A DNA stretch of 64,000 nucleotides from a virus. Below, piece after piece: positions 48,429 through 58,339 of this stretch. Below the pieces are notes generated by a model. The model did not search any database. It saw nothing but the letters and a program-made list of their open reading frames with translations, and had not been told where the DNA came from. The stretch covers positions 1 to 64,000 of IMG/VR virus record IMGVR_UViG_3300023174_000068; one strand, written 5' to 3'. Every line of letters begins with the position of its first letter. The stretch's first letter is position 1. Both the position numbers and the translations under genes were made by a program.

Positions 48429-48668
48429 TTAGAGTGATGGCATGTTAAAGTTTGGCATTTTGAAGTTGTTGGCCACTGAATTGTAATCGGGTAATTTTTG
48501 ATTTCCTTCCTGTTTTTTTCTATCTTTCTCTTCTTCTTCAATTAGCTCATTTACTAATTTTATATTTTCTTCAAACAACCAGAATGGCCATAAATCAATT
48601 GACCATTCTTGAAGTCTCCAATGTTTTTGCAACATTAATTTATTCTTTAATAAATGAGTCAAAGGCAT
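48429..48668 (-). CDS. gp51-like baseplate hub assembly protein
   Basis: Likely start MPLTHLLKNKLMLQKHW..IDLWPFW..LIEEEEK, overlapping the end of the gp26-like gene. Confidence 0.6.
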   Translation of the reverse strand: MPLTHLLKNKLMLQKHWRLQEWSIDLWPFWLFEENIKLVNELIEEEEKDRKKQEGNQKLPDYNSVANNFKMPNFNMPSL

Positions 48669-49587
48669 CTGAAATAACGAAAACACCTGAGGCTCCGTCG
48701 GGAAATTGCATGTCAGTGCGGACCTCCTGACCACACTCGCAAAGTGATTTTATTTGTGAAATACCGATTGTCATTTTATTTACCGCTGCGTTCAAAAATT
48801 GAAAAGAAATGTCATCCATTTCTTCAAATTCCCGCAATTTAGCTTTAATTCCGTCATAGGTTATTGATGATCTACCAGCTAACATAAAAGGAATTATTTT
48901 CAAAAAAGAAAGATTTGGTGTTCGTTTCTCCTGATTTTCTTTAACGATATAATCAGTAAATGCTTTTTGAAGACCAATATTAGGTGGTGTCAATTCAAAA
49001 TATTTTCCATTTACAGTGCTAAAATTAAAAGTTCTAGATGATAGGCTGAAGTATTTTTCTAACTTAGCATCTTGTTCGTGAAAAACAAAGTTCTTTCGGG
49101 TTAGTTCGATTTTGACTTCAGAACCACAAGAGCATTTAGTAGTAACTGCTAGAGCATTTCCCTGTTGAAAAGTTAACTCTCTGATAAGAAATATTAAAAA
49201 TAATCTATCTTGATCTTTAATTTCGAGATAGGAAGCAATTTTTCCATCTGGATATTTTACTCGGACACATGCTTGTAACATATCATTCATTTTTTCAACG
49301 ATGTCGTAAAAGTTTGTGTCGTCAACCATTGAATAGGCTTGGATCTCTCTAACTTGAGCCGGTCTAACCATAAATAAAGTTCCGGTTGGATAGTATTTAC
49401 CACAGGGTAATTCTCTAATGTCCATGTTGAAAAATTGTAAATCAGAAGTTCTCGAAGTCGTGTTTTGTTCCACAAAAGGTAGATCATCTGTTTCTATTCC
49501 ATTTTTCACATTATTAGCGTGGTCTAAGTCCTGAAGATGTCTTTTTAGATACTCTTCTTCGGTCATTTCGTTTTTTTTATTTGACAT
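48640..49587 (-). CDS. gp26-like baseplate hub assembly / tail chaperone protein
   Basis: LPCGKYY..VRP, DRLFLIFLIR, CSCG and CECG pairs. Confidence 0.7.
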   Translation of the reverse strand: MSNKKNEMTEEEYLKRHLQDLDHANNVKNGIETDDLPFVEQNTTSRTSDLQFFNMDIRELPCGKYYPTGTLFMVRPAQVREIQAYSMVDDTNFYDIVEKMNDMLQACVRVKYPDGKIASYLEIKDQDRLFLIFLIRELTFQQGNALAVTTKCSCGSEVKIELTRKNFVFHEQDAKLEKYFSLSSRTFNFSTVNGKYFELTPPNIGLQKAFTDYIVKENQEKRTPNLSFLKIIPFMLAGRSSITYDGIKAKLREFEEMDDISFQFLNAAVNKMTIGISQIKSLCECGQEVRTDMQFPDGASGVFVISDAFDSFIKE

Positions 49588-49636
49588 ATTTTTGATAAAT
49601 TAATTTTTTTATATATAAGATATATTATCTTCTCTA

Positions 49637-49663
49637 TTATATAATTTTATTATTGTTAGTTTA
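49637..49663 (-). promoter_or_regulatory. Putative bipartite promoter TAAAC-N15-TATATAA
   Basis: Exact motif; a further TATATA lies closer to the ATG at 49587. Confidence 0.5.
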
Positions 49664-49770
49664 GTCAAAATCTGATTGTTTTTTTATTTTTGATGATTAG
49701 GTGTATTAAAAATCAATTTTTTTACCACACACATATCACGGTCTGGTGACACAGCTAATTATTCTTGCAT

Positions 49771-49796
49771 AAAAAAACCCTCAAATTGAGGGTTTT
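49771..49796 (-). terminator. Intrinsic terminator of the tail sheath gene
   Basis: AAAACCCTCAA-N-TTGAGGGTTTT hairpin with T7 tail on the minus strand. Confidence 0.85.
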
Positions 49797-49814
49797 AATA
49801 TTTTAACTAAGTAT

Positions 49815-52800
49815 TTATCCGTTGATGAATCCACCTGCTTCGATAGCTCCTGTTCTAAGGATTGTTATGTTATTTACGATAATACCCATACCTTTAATCG
49901 GTTCGACATAAGTATCCAGAACTCCGATTTGATTATCTATCAACTCTGCGGTGTTATTCTCTTCATCCATTTTATTGAAGTAGTTGTAAAGACCATTTCT
50001 AGAAACATAAGTTTCACAAATTGTATCAGCTCTCAACTTAATCTCTGCTCTGATATCAGGTGTGTTGAATCTCCATTGGAAATCTAACAACATTCTTGAT
50101 AATTCTCTTTCTAGCTCGATTAACACTTCTCTTACGTGGATGTAAGATAATGCTGATTTTACAAGTGTTTGACCAGTGTTTTCAGTCTCAATTACAAATC
50201 CTCTATTTCTTTTGAACACTAAAGGATTTATTTGTGCTTGATTTAAGAACTCAATATCTTCTAGTGTGAAATCTAACTCAAGTGAGTTAATTCCGGTAAT
50301 TCTACCGTTAGTAACACCAGCAGCTATTGTCCAAGGTGTAACATTTCCTATATTTGAAATGTGTTTTGCCATATATGTTGTAGCAACAAATGGAGCCGAT
50401 GGGTGTTCCAGTGGTCTACCGTTATCATTAATTAACACATAAGGGAAGAAATATCCAACAGAAGTAACCCCTGGTCCCTTCGCAAAGGAGTAGAAAAATG
50501 CAGGACTACTTTCTGGGTCACCACCTTTTGCAACGTATTCCATTTGCAACACACCTTCAGTATTAGTGAAAGCTGGTGAAGAAGAATTTCTAAAATCTCT
50601 AGCCGAAGGCATATTGATAAATCCAAAACAATCAAGTCTTGTTCCACAGATATCAACTAGTGGTTGTTTACTAAATTCAGTTAAACCAAGACCAAAGCAG
50701 TCTATCAGGTATCTGAAGTCAATTGCTTCTTTATTTGTTATAGCCTTAAATAGCGGAGTTCCTTTAGAGATTGTATTCAAAATAGCGGTTTGCCTTTCTT
50801 CTGTCCCATCCGGCATAGAGGCTGTTCTTATTCTAAATCCTTTAAGGGCTATAGTTTTAAGTGTTGTAGCATATTGATCAACTGTTACAAATCTATTTGT
50901 CTGAAGAGCATCTCCTGTAAATCTGGTAAGAATTCTTGAGTCACAAGTAATCTCAGTTAAACTAAGATCCCCTGAGTATCTTCTTTTTGATAAAATTCTT
51001 GTCAATTTTCTTGGATACTGACCAACTGCTAAAGTTGTTGGGTCGTAATATGCTTCCAAGAAATCACCAACTTTAATTTCGGTGTATCTAGCACTATTGA
51101 CTAAAATTTTATTTGGAACCTGTACATAACCAGCAGGTAGCTCACATTCTATAGTTTGTTTATAATTAGATTTTTCTGATTTAATGTAAAAATCATTATT
51201 TGCTTTATGTGCAACATAGCTTGGTGTTTCTAGATCCGACTCTACAAAATCCGTATATAGGTTGTTAGAACCATCTAAATACATTTTCAAATAGTGTCTC
51301 ACCAAATAATCGTTAATTCTCATCTGGTCATTAAGTTCTTCATAAACCACTTCTTCTGAAACTGTATAAGCATAAGACCCGGTTCCGTATCCAAGCGATG
51401 TAGCGATCTGATGAGGCGTATAACCATTGAAATCGTTTACCGGATTTACAATTAGAGTGAACGGTCCTTTGTTCAAAGTAGATCCAGGAAACTGAAGTTG
51501 TTCAAAAGTTTGTAGGTCAATTTCATTGTCCCAGTTTGCAACATCAGAACGGAAAACTATATAGTTGTAACCAGCATATGCTTGTGTTAATCCACCATTT
51601 GGTGCTTCCTCTCCATCTACAAAATAAACGTCTACGCCGTTGTTTAACAGGTTAGTCGCGCTGTAAGTAGCCCCAGAGTATGGTAAGAACATTCTATTAC
51701 TAAAGAAATAATCCCCAGTGTTTACAAGTCCATCTTCAAATTTTTGATGTAGAGTTGAATACTTACCAGAAACACCCACTGAATTAAAATCAGCTATAGT
51801 TGATTTTGATTCAACACCATCAGTTCCTAAGATGATTTCGTTATCTGATGTGTAAACACAGAAGAAACCAGCTAAAATATCACTTAACTGAGCCGATGTT
51901 AATCCTGTTTTGAGTCTAAAAGATTTGTTGAAAAGTGAACTTTGAACAATATTTGAAATAGTAATATTTTCAAAGCTATACTTTTCATAAGTATTAGGGT
52001 TAAGAACCAATGACATTTGGTTTTTATTTGAATTATCAATTAAATTAACCAATCTATTGAACAATTTTATTTTTCTATATTGCTCATAGTTTGAGGTGTC
52101 AGCAACTGCGTTGGTTCCAGGGAATTCAATAACTATTTCATCTCCATATCCAGGTAGCACCTCATAGATGTAATAATCATCTGTTGAGTTAGTTCCAAAA
52201 CTATAATCTTTGAATCCGTTTGTGTCAACGCTAATGTTTTCTACTGTAAAGTTTTGTGGCGCAACAAACGATTGAGAAGCTATGCCAAGGTCTAAATAAC
52301 CTAACACTGTATCTGATGCATTCACTGATGGATTAACATCAGGTGCGTATGTAGCGACGGTTTTGATTTCTCCGGTTGTATCAACAACAAAAGCCACAGA
52401 ATAAGTTGCAATTGAAGTATTGAAAGGATAGTCAGTTGAATTAAGTGTCAATGTAGCTGTCGCTGAGATTGGAACGTATTGATTTCCAACAATCACATAA
52501 GCTCCATTAGGATTAACGTCATAAGTAATACTGATTGAAGTCGTAGCGGTTACGATACTAGGAGTGGCTGAATGTAAAGAAACATTATAAACTGAACTCT
52601 CAGCAAACCATGCTGTTCTTTCTGTGTTCTCTACCACACCAGAAGTTAGTGGTTTGTCACTCAAGGAACCAGACCAGTTATATGCATGATCCGTTTGGTT
52701 ATTAAATGAGTAAGTTCCAAGCATCGCTGTGACATTTCCTGGTAAATCTAATGGTGTAGACTCAATTAGAACGTCTTCGGTGATTGTTTCTCTATAGGAA

Positions 52801-53771
52801 AGGAAGTTGATTTCATTTTTACCACCATCTGATATTGTGTTTCCGATTAGGTCGATTAAACCGTTAGGATAATCTTTTTCAATTAATTCATTATTAAATG
52901 CACAGAACACGCCTGTCTTATCGGTATCTCTATTGATTGTAGTTTCAATAAAAATGTTTCTACCATTTAAGTCTCTAAAATAAGGTATCAAAGATAATCC
53001 CTCATAAAAAGCGAGTGATGTAACATTTCTATCATTTGCAAAATTTCTAACTTGATCCTTTCTCAAACCAGAAGCACTAAAGCAGTTCACCCATCTTGGA
53101 TCAACTGCTAATTCTTGGTAATTTGACCAGTCACCAGCAACAATCAAAACATCAACAAGATAATCAGAAGCAAAATCCAACCCATTAACATATGTTGGTA
53201 GTTTTTCGATTGAACCATACCATTCAAGCAATGTTCTATCAAATCCAGTAACAGTAGATTTGAAAACAAACACAGATACGTATCTATCAGACAAGTTTGT
53301 AATACTAAATGCTCTTTCTGAGTATCCTGTATTATTTTTTGTTAGGTTAATGAAAGATTCTGTGTCTCTTTTCCAGAAACCAGTCGTATCAAAAAATCTT
53401 CTATACGGTCCTTCTCTTTCGATGTCGTTTGAATACGCAGGAGATGAAGAAAGTGATTGATATTCTAACTTATCTAAATTATCATCTGTTAATAACAAGT
53501 TCATTGCAAAAACCGGGGAAGTTTCCAGCATTTTGCTAATGGTTCTGTGAAAGAATGATTTTTTTCTTTCTAAGCCTCTATCTAGTTGACCGAATATTGA
53601 TTCAAGCTCGTTTGAGTTTGTTATTCGTATGGGAGTATTGACAGGTCCCTTTTTGGAAACACCAATTACTAAATTTGTTATTCCCTGAACAGTTGGACTT
53701 GTGATAACCGACTTGTCGAATTCTTCGATAAAGATTCCCGGTCTTTTGTATTTTCCAATTTGAATTGCCAT
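49815..53771 (-). CDS. Contractile tail sheath protein (T4 gp18-like) with large insertions
   Basis: RPGIFIEEFDKS..SKKGPVNTP..FG; C-terminal PWTIAAGVTNG, INP, IHVRE, DEENNT, YVEP. Confidence 0.92.
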   Translation of the reverse strand: MAIQIGKYKRPGIFIEEFDKSVITSPTVQGITNLVIGVSKKGPVNTPIRITNSNELESIFGQLDRGLERKKSFFHRTISKMLETSPVFAMNLLLTDDNLDKLEYQSLSSSPAYSNDIEREGPYRRFFDTTGFWKRDTESFINLTKNNTGYSERAFSITNLSDRYVSVFVFKSTVTGFDRTLLEWYGSIEKLPTYVNGLDFASDYLVDVLIVAGDWSNYQELAVDPRWVNCFSASGLRKDQVRNFANDRNVTSLAFYEGLSLIPYFRDLNGRNIFIETTINRDTDKTGVFCAFNNELIEKDYPNGLIDLIGNTISDGGKNEINFLSYRETITEDVLIESTPLDLPGNVTAMLGTYSFNNQTDHAYNWSGSLSDKPLTSGVVENTERTAWFAESSVYNVSLHSATPSIVTATTSISITYDVNPNGAYVIVGNQYVPISATATLTLNSTDYPFNTSIATYSVAFVVDTTGEIKTVATYAPDVNPSVNASDTVLGYLDLGIASQSFVAPQNFTVENISVDTNGFKDYSFGTNSTDDYYIYEVLPGYGDEIVIEFPGTNAVADTSNYEQYRKIKLFNRLVNLIDNSNKNQMSLVLNPNTYEKYSFENITISNIVQSSLFNKSFRLKTGLTSAQLSDILAGFFCVYTSDNEIILGTDGVESKSTIADFNSVGVSGKYSTLHQKFEDGLVNTGDYFFSNRMFLPYSGATYSATNLLNNGVDVYFVDGEEAPNGGLTQAYAGYNYIVFRSDVANWDNEIDLQTFEQLQFPGSTLNKGPFTLIVNPVNDFNGYTPHQIATSLGYGTGSYAYTVSEEVVYEELNDQMRINDYLVRHYLKMYLDGSNNLYTDFVESDLETPSYVAHKANNDFYIKSEKSNYKQTIECELPAGYVQVPNKILVNSARYTEIKVGDFLEAYYDPTTLAVGQYPRKLTRILSKRRYSGDLSLTEITCDSRILTRFTGDALQTNRFVTVDQYATTLKTIALKGFRIRTASMPDGTEERQTAILNTISKGTPLFKAITNKEAIDFRYLIDCFGLGLTEFSKQPLVDICGTRLDCFGFINMPSARDFRNSSSPAFTNTEGVLQMEYVAKGGDPESSPAFFYSFAKGPGVTSVGYFFPYVLINDNGRPLEHPSAPFVATTYMAKHISNIGNVTPWTIAAGVTNGRITGINSLELDFTLEDIEFLNQAQINPLVFKRNRGFVIETENTGQTLVKSALSYIHVREVLIELERELSRMLLDFQWRFNTPDIRAEIKLRADTICETYVSRNGLYNYFNKMDEENNTAELIDNQIGVLDTYVEPIKGMGIIVNNITILRTGAIEAGGFING

Positions 53772-53840
53772 AATGATTTGTACTTTATTTTTAAGTATAT
53801 ATAAAAGTCAAAAAATGAATTTTTTTCTATTTTACGTCGG

Positions 53841-54389
53841 CTAAACTTTCTTTTTTAGTTCAGTTAATTCATCTTTGGCCTTTTTCATGAGTTCATCATG
53901 TTCCTTTAAAACTTGTTTTATTTGTTTTTCTTTTTCAGCAAGTGTTACAGTAATAGTAGATTGGTCATCAGAGTTCTGTTTCAATTGCGTTTCAATATTT
54001 TTTAATGAAACTGGTTCGTTCTTATTAAGCTCTTTTCTATCCAACAATTCAGATTTTTTGTTCTTTTTATCTTCTCGCGTTTTAATTAATTCTTTAATTT
54101 CATTTTCTAATCGGCAAATTTTCATCCAATCAACTGCAAATTTATTCCTACCTTCTTTTTCAGGCATCAATTTTTCTATTTCTTGTGAAATTTCTGCATC
54201 GTTTTTTGTTGAACTATAAAGCTGTTCAATTTTAGATTTGAGTGAATTGTAGTCTGATAATTGTTTTTCTAAATCCTTTAGTTCGTCTCTACTCTCTTCC
54301 TTTTCAATCTTTTGGTCAGTCGTTTCTGGTTCTAACTCTTCGTTCAATTGCAGTTGTTTAATAAAATGTTTGAACTTTTTAATTATCAT
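53841..54389 (-). CDS. Coiled-coil protein with capsid-targeting-like tag
   Basis: MIIKKFKHFIKQLQLNE followed by an E/K-rich coil. Confidence 0.75.
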   Translation of the reverse strand: MIIKKFKHFIKQLQLNEELEPETTDQKIEKEESRDELKDLEKQLSDYNSLKSKIEQLYSSTKNDAEISQEIEKLMPEKEGRNKFAVDWMKICRLENEIKELIKTREDKKNKKSELLDRKELNKNEPVSLKNIETQLKQNSDDQSTITVTLAEKEKQIKQVLKEHDELMKKAKDELTELKKKV

Positions 54390-57097
54390 GATAATTTAAT
54401 TACAGGAATGAAGTCTTGTTTTTCGCCAAATTTAGTTGTTGTTAAAGTTGTTATATTTGGCAAAATTGATTTTATACCCTTCACCGACTGGGTGTTTTTA
54501 TCACTATCGAGTGCTTTGAAAAGATACATTTCACCCGCCTTTTCACCCTCTTTAACTAAATAGCTTGGTATTTTAATATCTTTTAATGAAATAATATTTG
54601 TTTGCGGTTTGCCCTCTTGTAGATACACTGAATTTATTTCTATTTTGTTCAACCGACCTCCCGTAAGCTTCACTAAATTATCAGCAGAAATCACAGTCTG
54701 TAAAATTGGATAAGGACCTGAGCCGGTTTTTTCTAGTAAATTCATTGATGTCAAGTCTCCTTTGTCTAATTTCACAGAAGGTTCATATTGTCTTAATATT
54801 CGCTGAAAGTTAAACATTGATTTTGAGACATAAAGGAAGTAGTTTGAAGCCTGTCCACTTGGTATAAAAAAGTATAATATTTCAATCCTTCCCTCATTGT
54901 TTTTTCCAGTTACCGCAAAGATGGTTCCTCTAAACTTCTTTTCTTTGAAGGAATCTGCTAAATTTTTTGCGGATTGGAATTTTAATTTTGATGTTTCTAT
55001 CTTATCAGCCACTGGCCCAATTTCTTCTAAATCAGTTTTACCATCGGCGCCTGTATATGATAACGGTGTGTCGTCTTGATTTCCAGAAAAGAAAGCTTCG
55101 GCAACGACACCAAAGTATTTATTTAAGGTTCTTTTTTGAACACCGCCTTCTTCACCTCTCATACTACCACCTGATTTATAAAGTTCATCACCGTCAAGGA
55201 AGTCAAGCATCATTTGTCGAAGAGCCACCCCGGCTCCTTCTTTTATATTTCCACTACCATCTTCTATCTTTGTTTTAGCAGCAAATATCGGAGCATATTT
55301 AGTATTTGATAAAACATCCATCACCGCGTCTTCCCACATATTAAAAGTTTTGTTATGTCGGTAGGGACCATCTTCGGTTGCTGAAGGCTCCCCTGAGCTG
55401 TAACCAAATGCGGTATACTCTGACCAAGTTGATGCTTTTACTTCCCCCTTAGTGGTCCCCACTGGTATAATTGATGTTGTGTGTAATTTATAAGCTCGGT
55501 TGAATATTCTAACTATTTCAATTATTGGATTCATTCCTCTAATAACTAAGAATTTAGGGTCTTTAACATTTTCCTGGACTTGCGTCTCGATTTTCTTTGC
55601 TTCTTCCTCTGCGACTAAATAGTCATCTATCTCTAAATTTTCTTTGAAATATGTTTTTATTTTTTCAGAAACAGATTCTCCACCCTCTTCATTCCCATCT
55701 GCCTCTTTTATTAGTTTTACAAATCTGTCGTATTTAAATAAAATTGATTCCTGTTTCTTTTCCGGATTAAGTTGTGATGGTTCAACTTTCATTAGCATTT
55801 TAAGACTTTCAACAAAATCTTTAAGAGGTGTAGACAAGTCTCCATAGCTACCATAAAGACCTTTACCATCAAATTGCAGAGCTCTTCTACAAAATCTTGC
55901 TATTTTTTCAGCAACTACAATCTTCTTATTTTTGTCTGATATGATTTCGATACTTTCTTTATATAAGGGATCTGTTGGCGCGTTTAGTGTTGCCTTTTTA
56001 TCACCAACTAAATATCTTAGAATTTCTTTGTAAAGACTCTTTATCACTTTTTTTGATTCGTCATCATTTTTTTTAGACAAAATTTCATTTAAGAAGGTAT
56101 TGGTCACCGCTATTCCTTTTTCTTTTGGATTTTCAAGAATTTGAATTGATGTTCTTAGCTTAGCAAAAGCCTGATTCGCATGGGATTCACCGGAACTTGT
56201 CTGATTTCTCTCTGATTCAAAAATAAAACTTTCTTTTTTTGGTTTCCCAAAATTAAGTTTAAGACCCTTAGGTAAGGTCATCTTTGATATCGGAATTTTT
56301 GTCTGCGCAGCCTTAGTAATAAAGGGTTGTAGTGCTTGTTGGTTTGATTTTATAATCTCATCCAATGTAAGACCAAATTTATTTACCTGCTTATCCAATT
56401 GAAGTTTTTCTATTGTCTCACCACCCTTTAATTCATGCGCGATTGCTTGTTGAGAAGACAATTGACTTGGTACATTAGAAATTTTGACTTTTTTGTAGTT
56501 CAATAAGACTAGAGAAAGTGAGCTTAAATTCTTTATCATAAGCGGATAATATGAACTAAGTGATTTTTCTGAATCACCTTCTTTTGAATCACCTTTTTCA
56601 CCATCTGAATCTTTGAATTGATTAAGAAATTCTAAAAACTTCTTTAGTTTTTCGATTATCTCTTTCTTTTTTTCCTCTGACTCTTTTTCCACGCTCAGAC
56701 TCTCTATCTGAGAGGTAGTGTCGGCGGTCATCTGTTTTAATACATCGACTTTTTCACCGTCTTCAACCGCATTTGCTAAACTTTTTAAAACCTCGGAAAT
56801 TTGAATGTCACTAATCTGAGTTTTCTGTTTTTCAGGCAAATCATAATACGATCCTTCACCTATCAAATTATCAAATTGTTCTTTAAGTGAATTTATAACA
56901 AAAGTCATTTTTGTCATTTTTGCCCCAATGCCAATCTTTCTAACTACCCAATTAACTAATTTACCCAAAAGTGAATCACCCCAAGTAATTTCATTTTTAA
57001 ATGCCTCGTTTAAATGTTGCGTTTTTTTATAAGATTCAAATTGTCTTCTTTCGTGTAAATTTTGTAGATAGTCATCTCTTTTTTTAAGGTATTTCAT
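54386..57097 (-). CDS. Large putative internal head protein with LysM-like segment and a domain shared with 14403-16043
   Basis: RQFESY..LNE; HELKGGETIEKL..FGLTLDEIIKSN..LPKGLKL; PLYKESIEIISDKNK..VAEK; internal ESILFKYDRF..IKE. Confidence 0.75.
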   Translation of the reverse strand: MKYLKKRDDYLQNLHERRQFESYKKTQHLNEAFKNEITWGDSLLGKLVNWVVRKIGIGAKMTKMTFVINSLKEQFDNLIGEGSYYDLPEKQKTQISDIQISEVLKSLANAVEDGEKVDVLKQMTADTTSQIESLSVEKESEEKKKEIIEKLKKFLEFLNQFKDSDGEKGDSKEGDSEKSLSSYYPLMIKNLSSLSLVLLNYKKVKISNVPSQLSSQQAIAHELKGGETIEKLQLDKQVNKFGLTLDEIIKSNQQALQPFITKAAQTKIPISKMTLPKGLKLNFGKPKKESFIFESERNQTSSGESHANQAFAKLRTSIQILENPKEKGIAVTNTFLNEILSKKNDDESKKVIKSLYKEILRYLVGDKKATLNAPTDPLYKESIEIISDKNKKIVVAEKIARFCRRALQFDGKGLYGSYGDLSTPLKDFVESLKMLMKVEPSQLNPEKKQESILFKYDRFVKLIKEADGNEEGGESVSEKIKTYFKENLEIDDYLVAEEEAKKIETQVQENVKDPKFLVIRGMNPIIEIVRIFNRAYKLHTTSIIPVGTTKGEVKASTWSEYTAFGYSSGEPSATEDGPYRHNKTFNMWEDAVMDVLSNTKYAPIFAAKTKIEDGSGNIKEGAGVALRQMMLDFLDGDELYKSGGSMRGEEGGVQKRTLNKYFGVVAEAFFSGNQDDTPLSYTGADGKTDLEEIGPVADKIETSKLKFQSAKNLADSFKEKKFRGTIFAVTGKNNEGRIEILYFFIPSGQASNYFLYVSKSMFNFQRILRQYEPSVKLDKGDLTSMNLLEKTGSGPYPILQTVISADNLVKLTGGRLNKIEINSVYLQEGKPQTNIISLKDIKIPSYLVKEGEKAGEMYLFKALDSDKNTQSVKGIKSILPNITTLTTTKFGEKQDFIPVIKLS

Positions 57098-57261
57098 GGT
57101 AAAATATTATAAAATTTTTTTTATATATTAAAAAAAATATAGTTGAATTTTAAATAAAAAAAAATTAATACCAATTTCTAAAAAATTTAAGAAAAATCCA
57201 AAGTTTGTTTTTTTTAATGAATTTTTTTTGTATATATATCGTATAAAATTATTACTATGTA

Positions 57262-57576
57262 ATGGGTATTTCAGAACTGGTCTTTAATAAAAAGGCACTA
57301 AAATCAAAAAAAGATATTTTAGACGTACTCAGAAAACTAGAACTTTATTGGCTTATTGATTCAGAATGTGAAGGAGCATGTATTGAGATTGAAAAGAATA
57401 CAGTTATCTGGCATTCTGGACTATACTTAACCGGCGATTGGAACTTCGGTATTTTCTTAAACGGTGACTTTAGGGGTAACTGGATAAATGGTATCTGGGG
57501 TGATGGTTTATTCGATGATGATATTTATCAGAAAATTGAAATATCAAAAAACGTATTTACGTTAAAAAGAAAATAA
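57262..57576 (+). CDS. Hypothetical protein with short G-x-W-x-x pentapeptide repeats
   Basis: GDWNFGIFLNGDFRGNWINGIWGDG. Confidence 0.7.
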   Translation: MGISELVFNKKALKSKKDILDVLRKLELYWLIDSECEGACIEIEKNTVIWHSGLYLTGDWNFGIFLNGDFRGNWINGIWGDGLFDDDIYQKIEISKNVFTLKRK

Positions 57577-57616
57577 ACATAACCCAATCAACGGTCCAAA
57601 AAATAATTTATTCACT

Positions 57617-58066
57617 ATGAAACGAAAAAAATTATTGACCGATGAATGTCACACGATTCTCTATCAAAATACAAAAACCACTATTAACCAAACAACAGAT
57701 GGTTATGTCTTTGAAATTGGTTCAGAAATAACAAATGACTTAGGTGAAGGCGTTGCGATTTTAATGTTTTATGGAGAATCAGACCAAAAAATCTGGGATT
57801 TAGAGATACAAAACCGAAACAGTGATATCATACCAGCTAAGACGCTATACTGGCTCACCGGTGGTCCAACAGAGTGGAAAACTATGAACAATTATAAAAT
57901 TCCGTGGTGCGAGTGCCATTTGGATTTTCAACAGGAGTTTGGTCTTTTAATATTAAAAATTATCAGAAATTCTAAAAAACTATCCGATATCAAAGAAGGA
58001 TTTACTCAATATACTAATTTACCAATTCTATATGATTGGGCATTAAGTAAAGAAATTATTTACTAA
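57617..58066 (+). CDS. Hypothetical protein
   Basis: 149-aa ORF. Confidence 0.75.
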   Translation: MKRKKLLTDECHTILYQNTKTTINQTTDGYVFEIGSEITNDLGEGVAILMFYGESDQKIWDLEIQNRNSDIIPAKTLYWLTGGPTEWKTMNNYKIPWCECHLDFQQEFGLLILKIIRNSKKLSDIKEGFTQYTNLPILYDWALSKEIIY

Positions 58067-58099
58067 TACTCTAGAAATTTAATTAATATATATTAAATT

Positions 58100-58339
58100 A
58101 TGGAGAATTTATCAACAGTTTGTAGAAATCCTTGGTGTAAAGCTACGTTTTTCTATACAGAAAATGACATGATCGACGAAGGAGAATCAAAAGTCCCGCC
58201 ACAGGTGTGTAAAAAATGTAATAGTTTCAACTCAGAATTGAGTGGTGGCGTTGAATGGATTGATAGAGAATACCCAAAAGATTACCCAAACATGAGATAT
58301 CACCAAATTAAATACAAAGTTACAAACTATAGACAATGA
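58100..58339 (+). CDS. Small zinc-ribbon protein
   Basis: CRNPWC...CKKC; AATATATA upstream. Confidence 0.75.
   Translation: MENLSTVCRNPWCKATFFYTENDMIDEGESKVPPQVCKKCNSFNSELSGGVEWIDREYPKDYPNMRYHQIKYKVTNYRQ

Noticed and set aside
49664-49770. Unassigned intergenic segment with a small hairpin, possible ncRNA
   Set aside because: No recognisable tRNA or ncRNA fold and no credible ORF; not supportable without covariation data.
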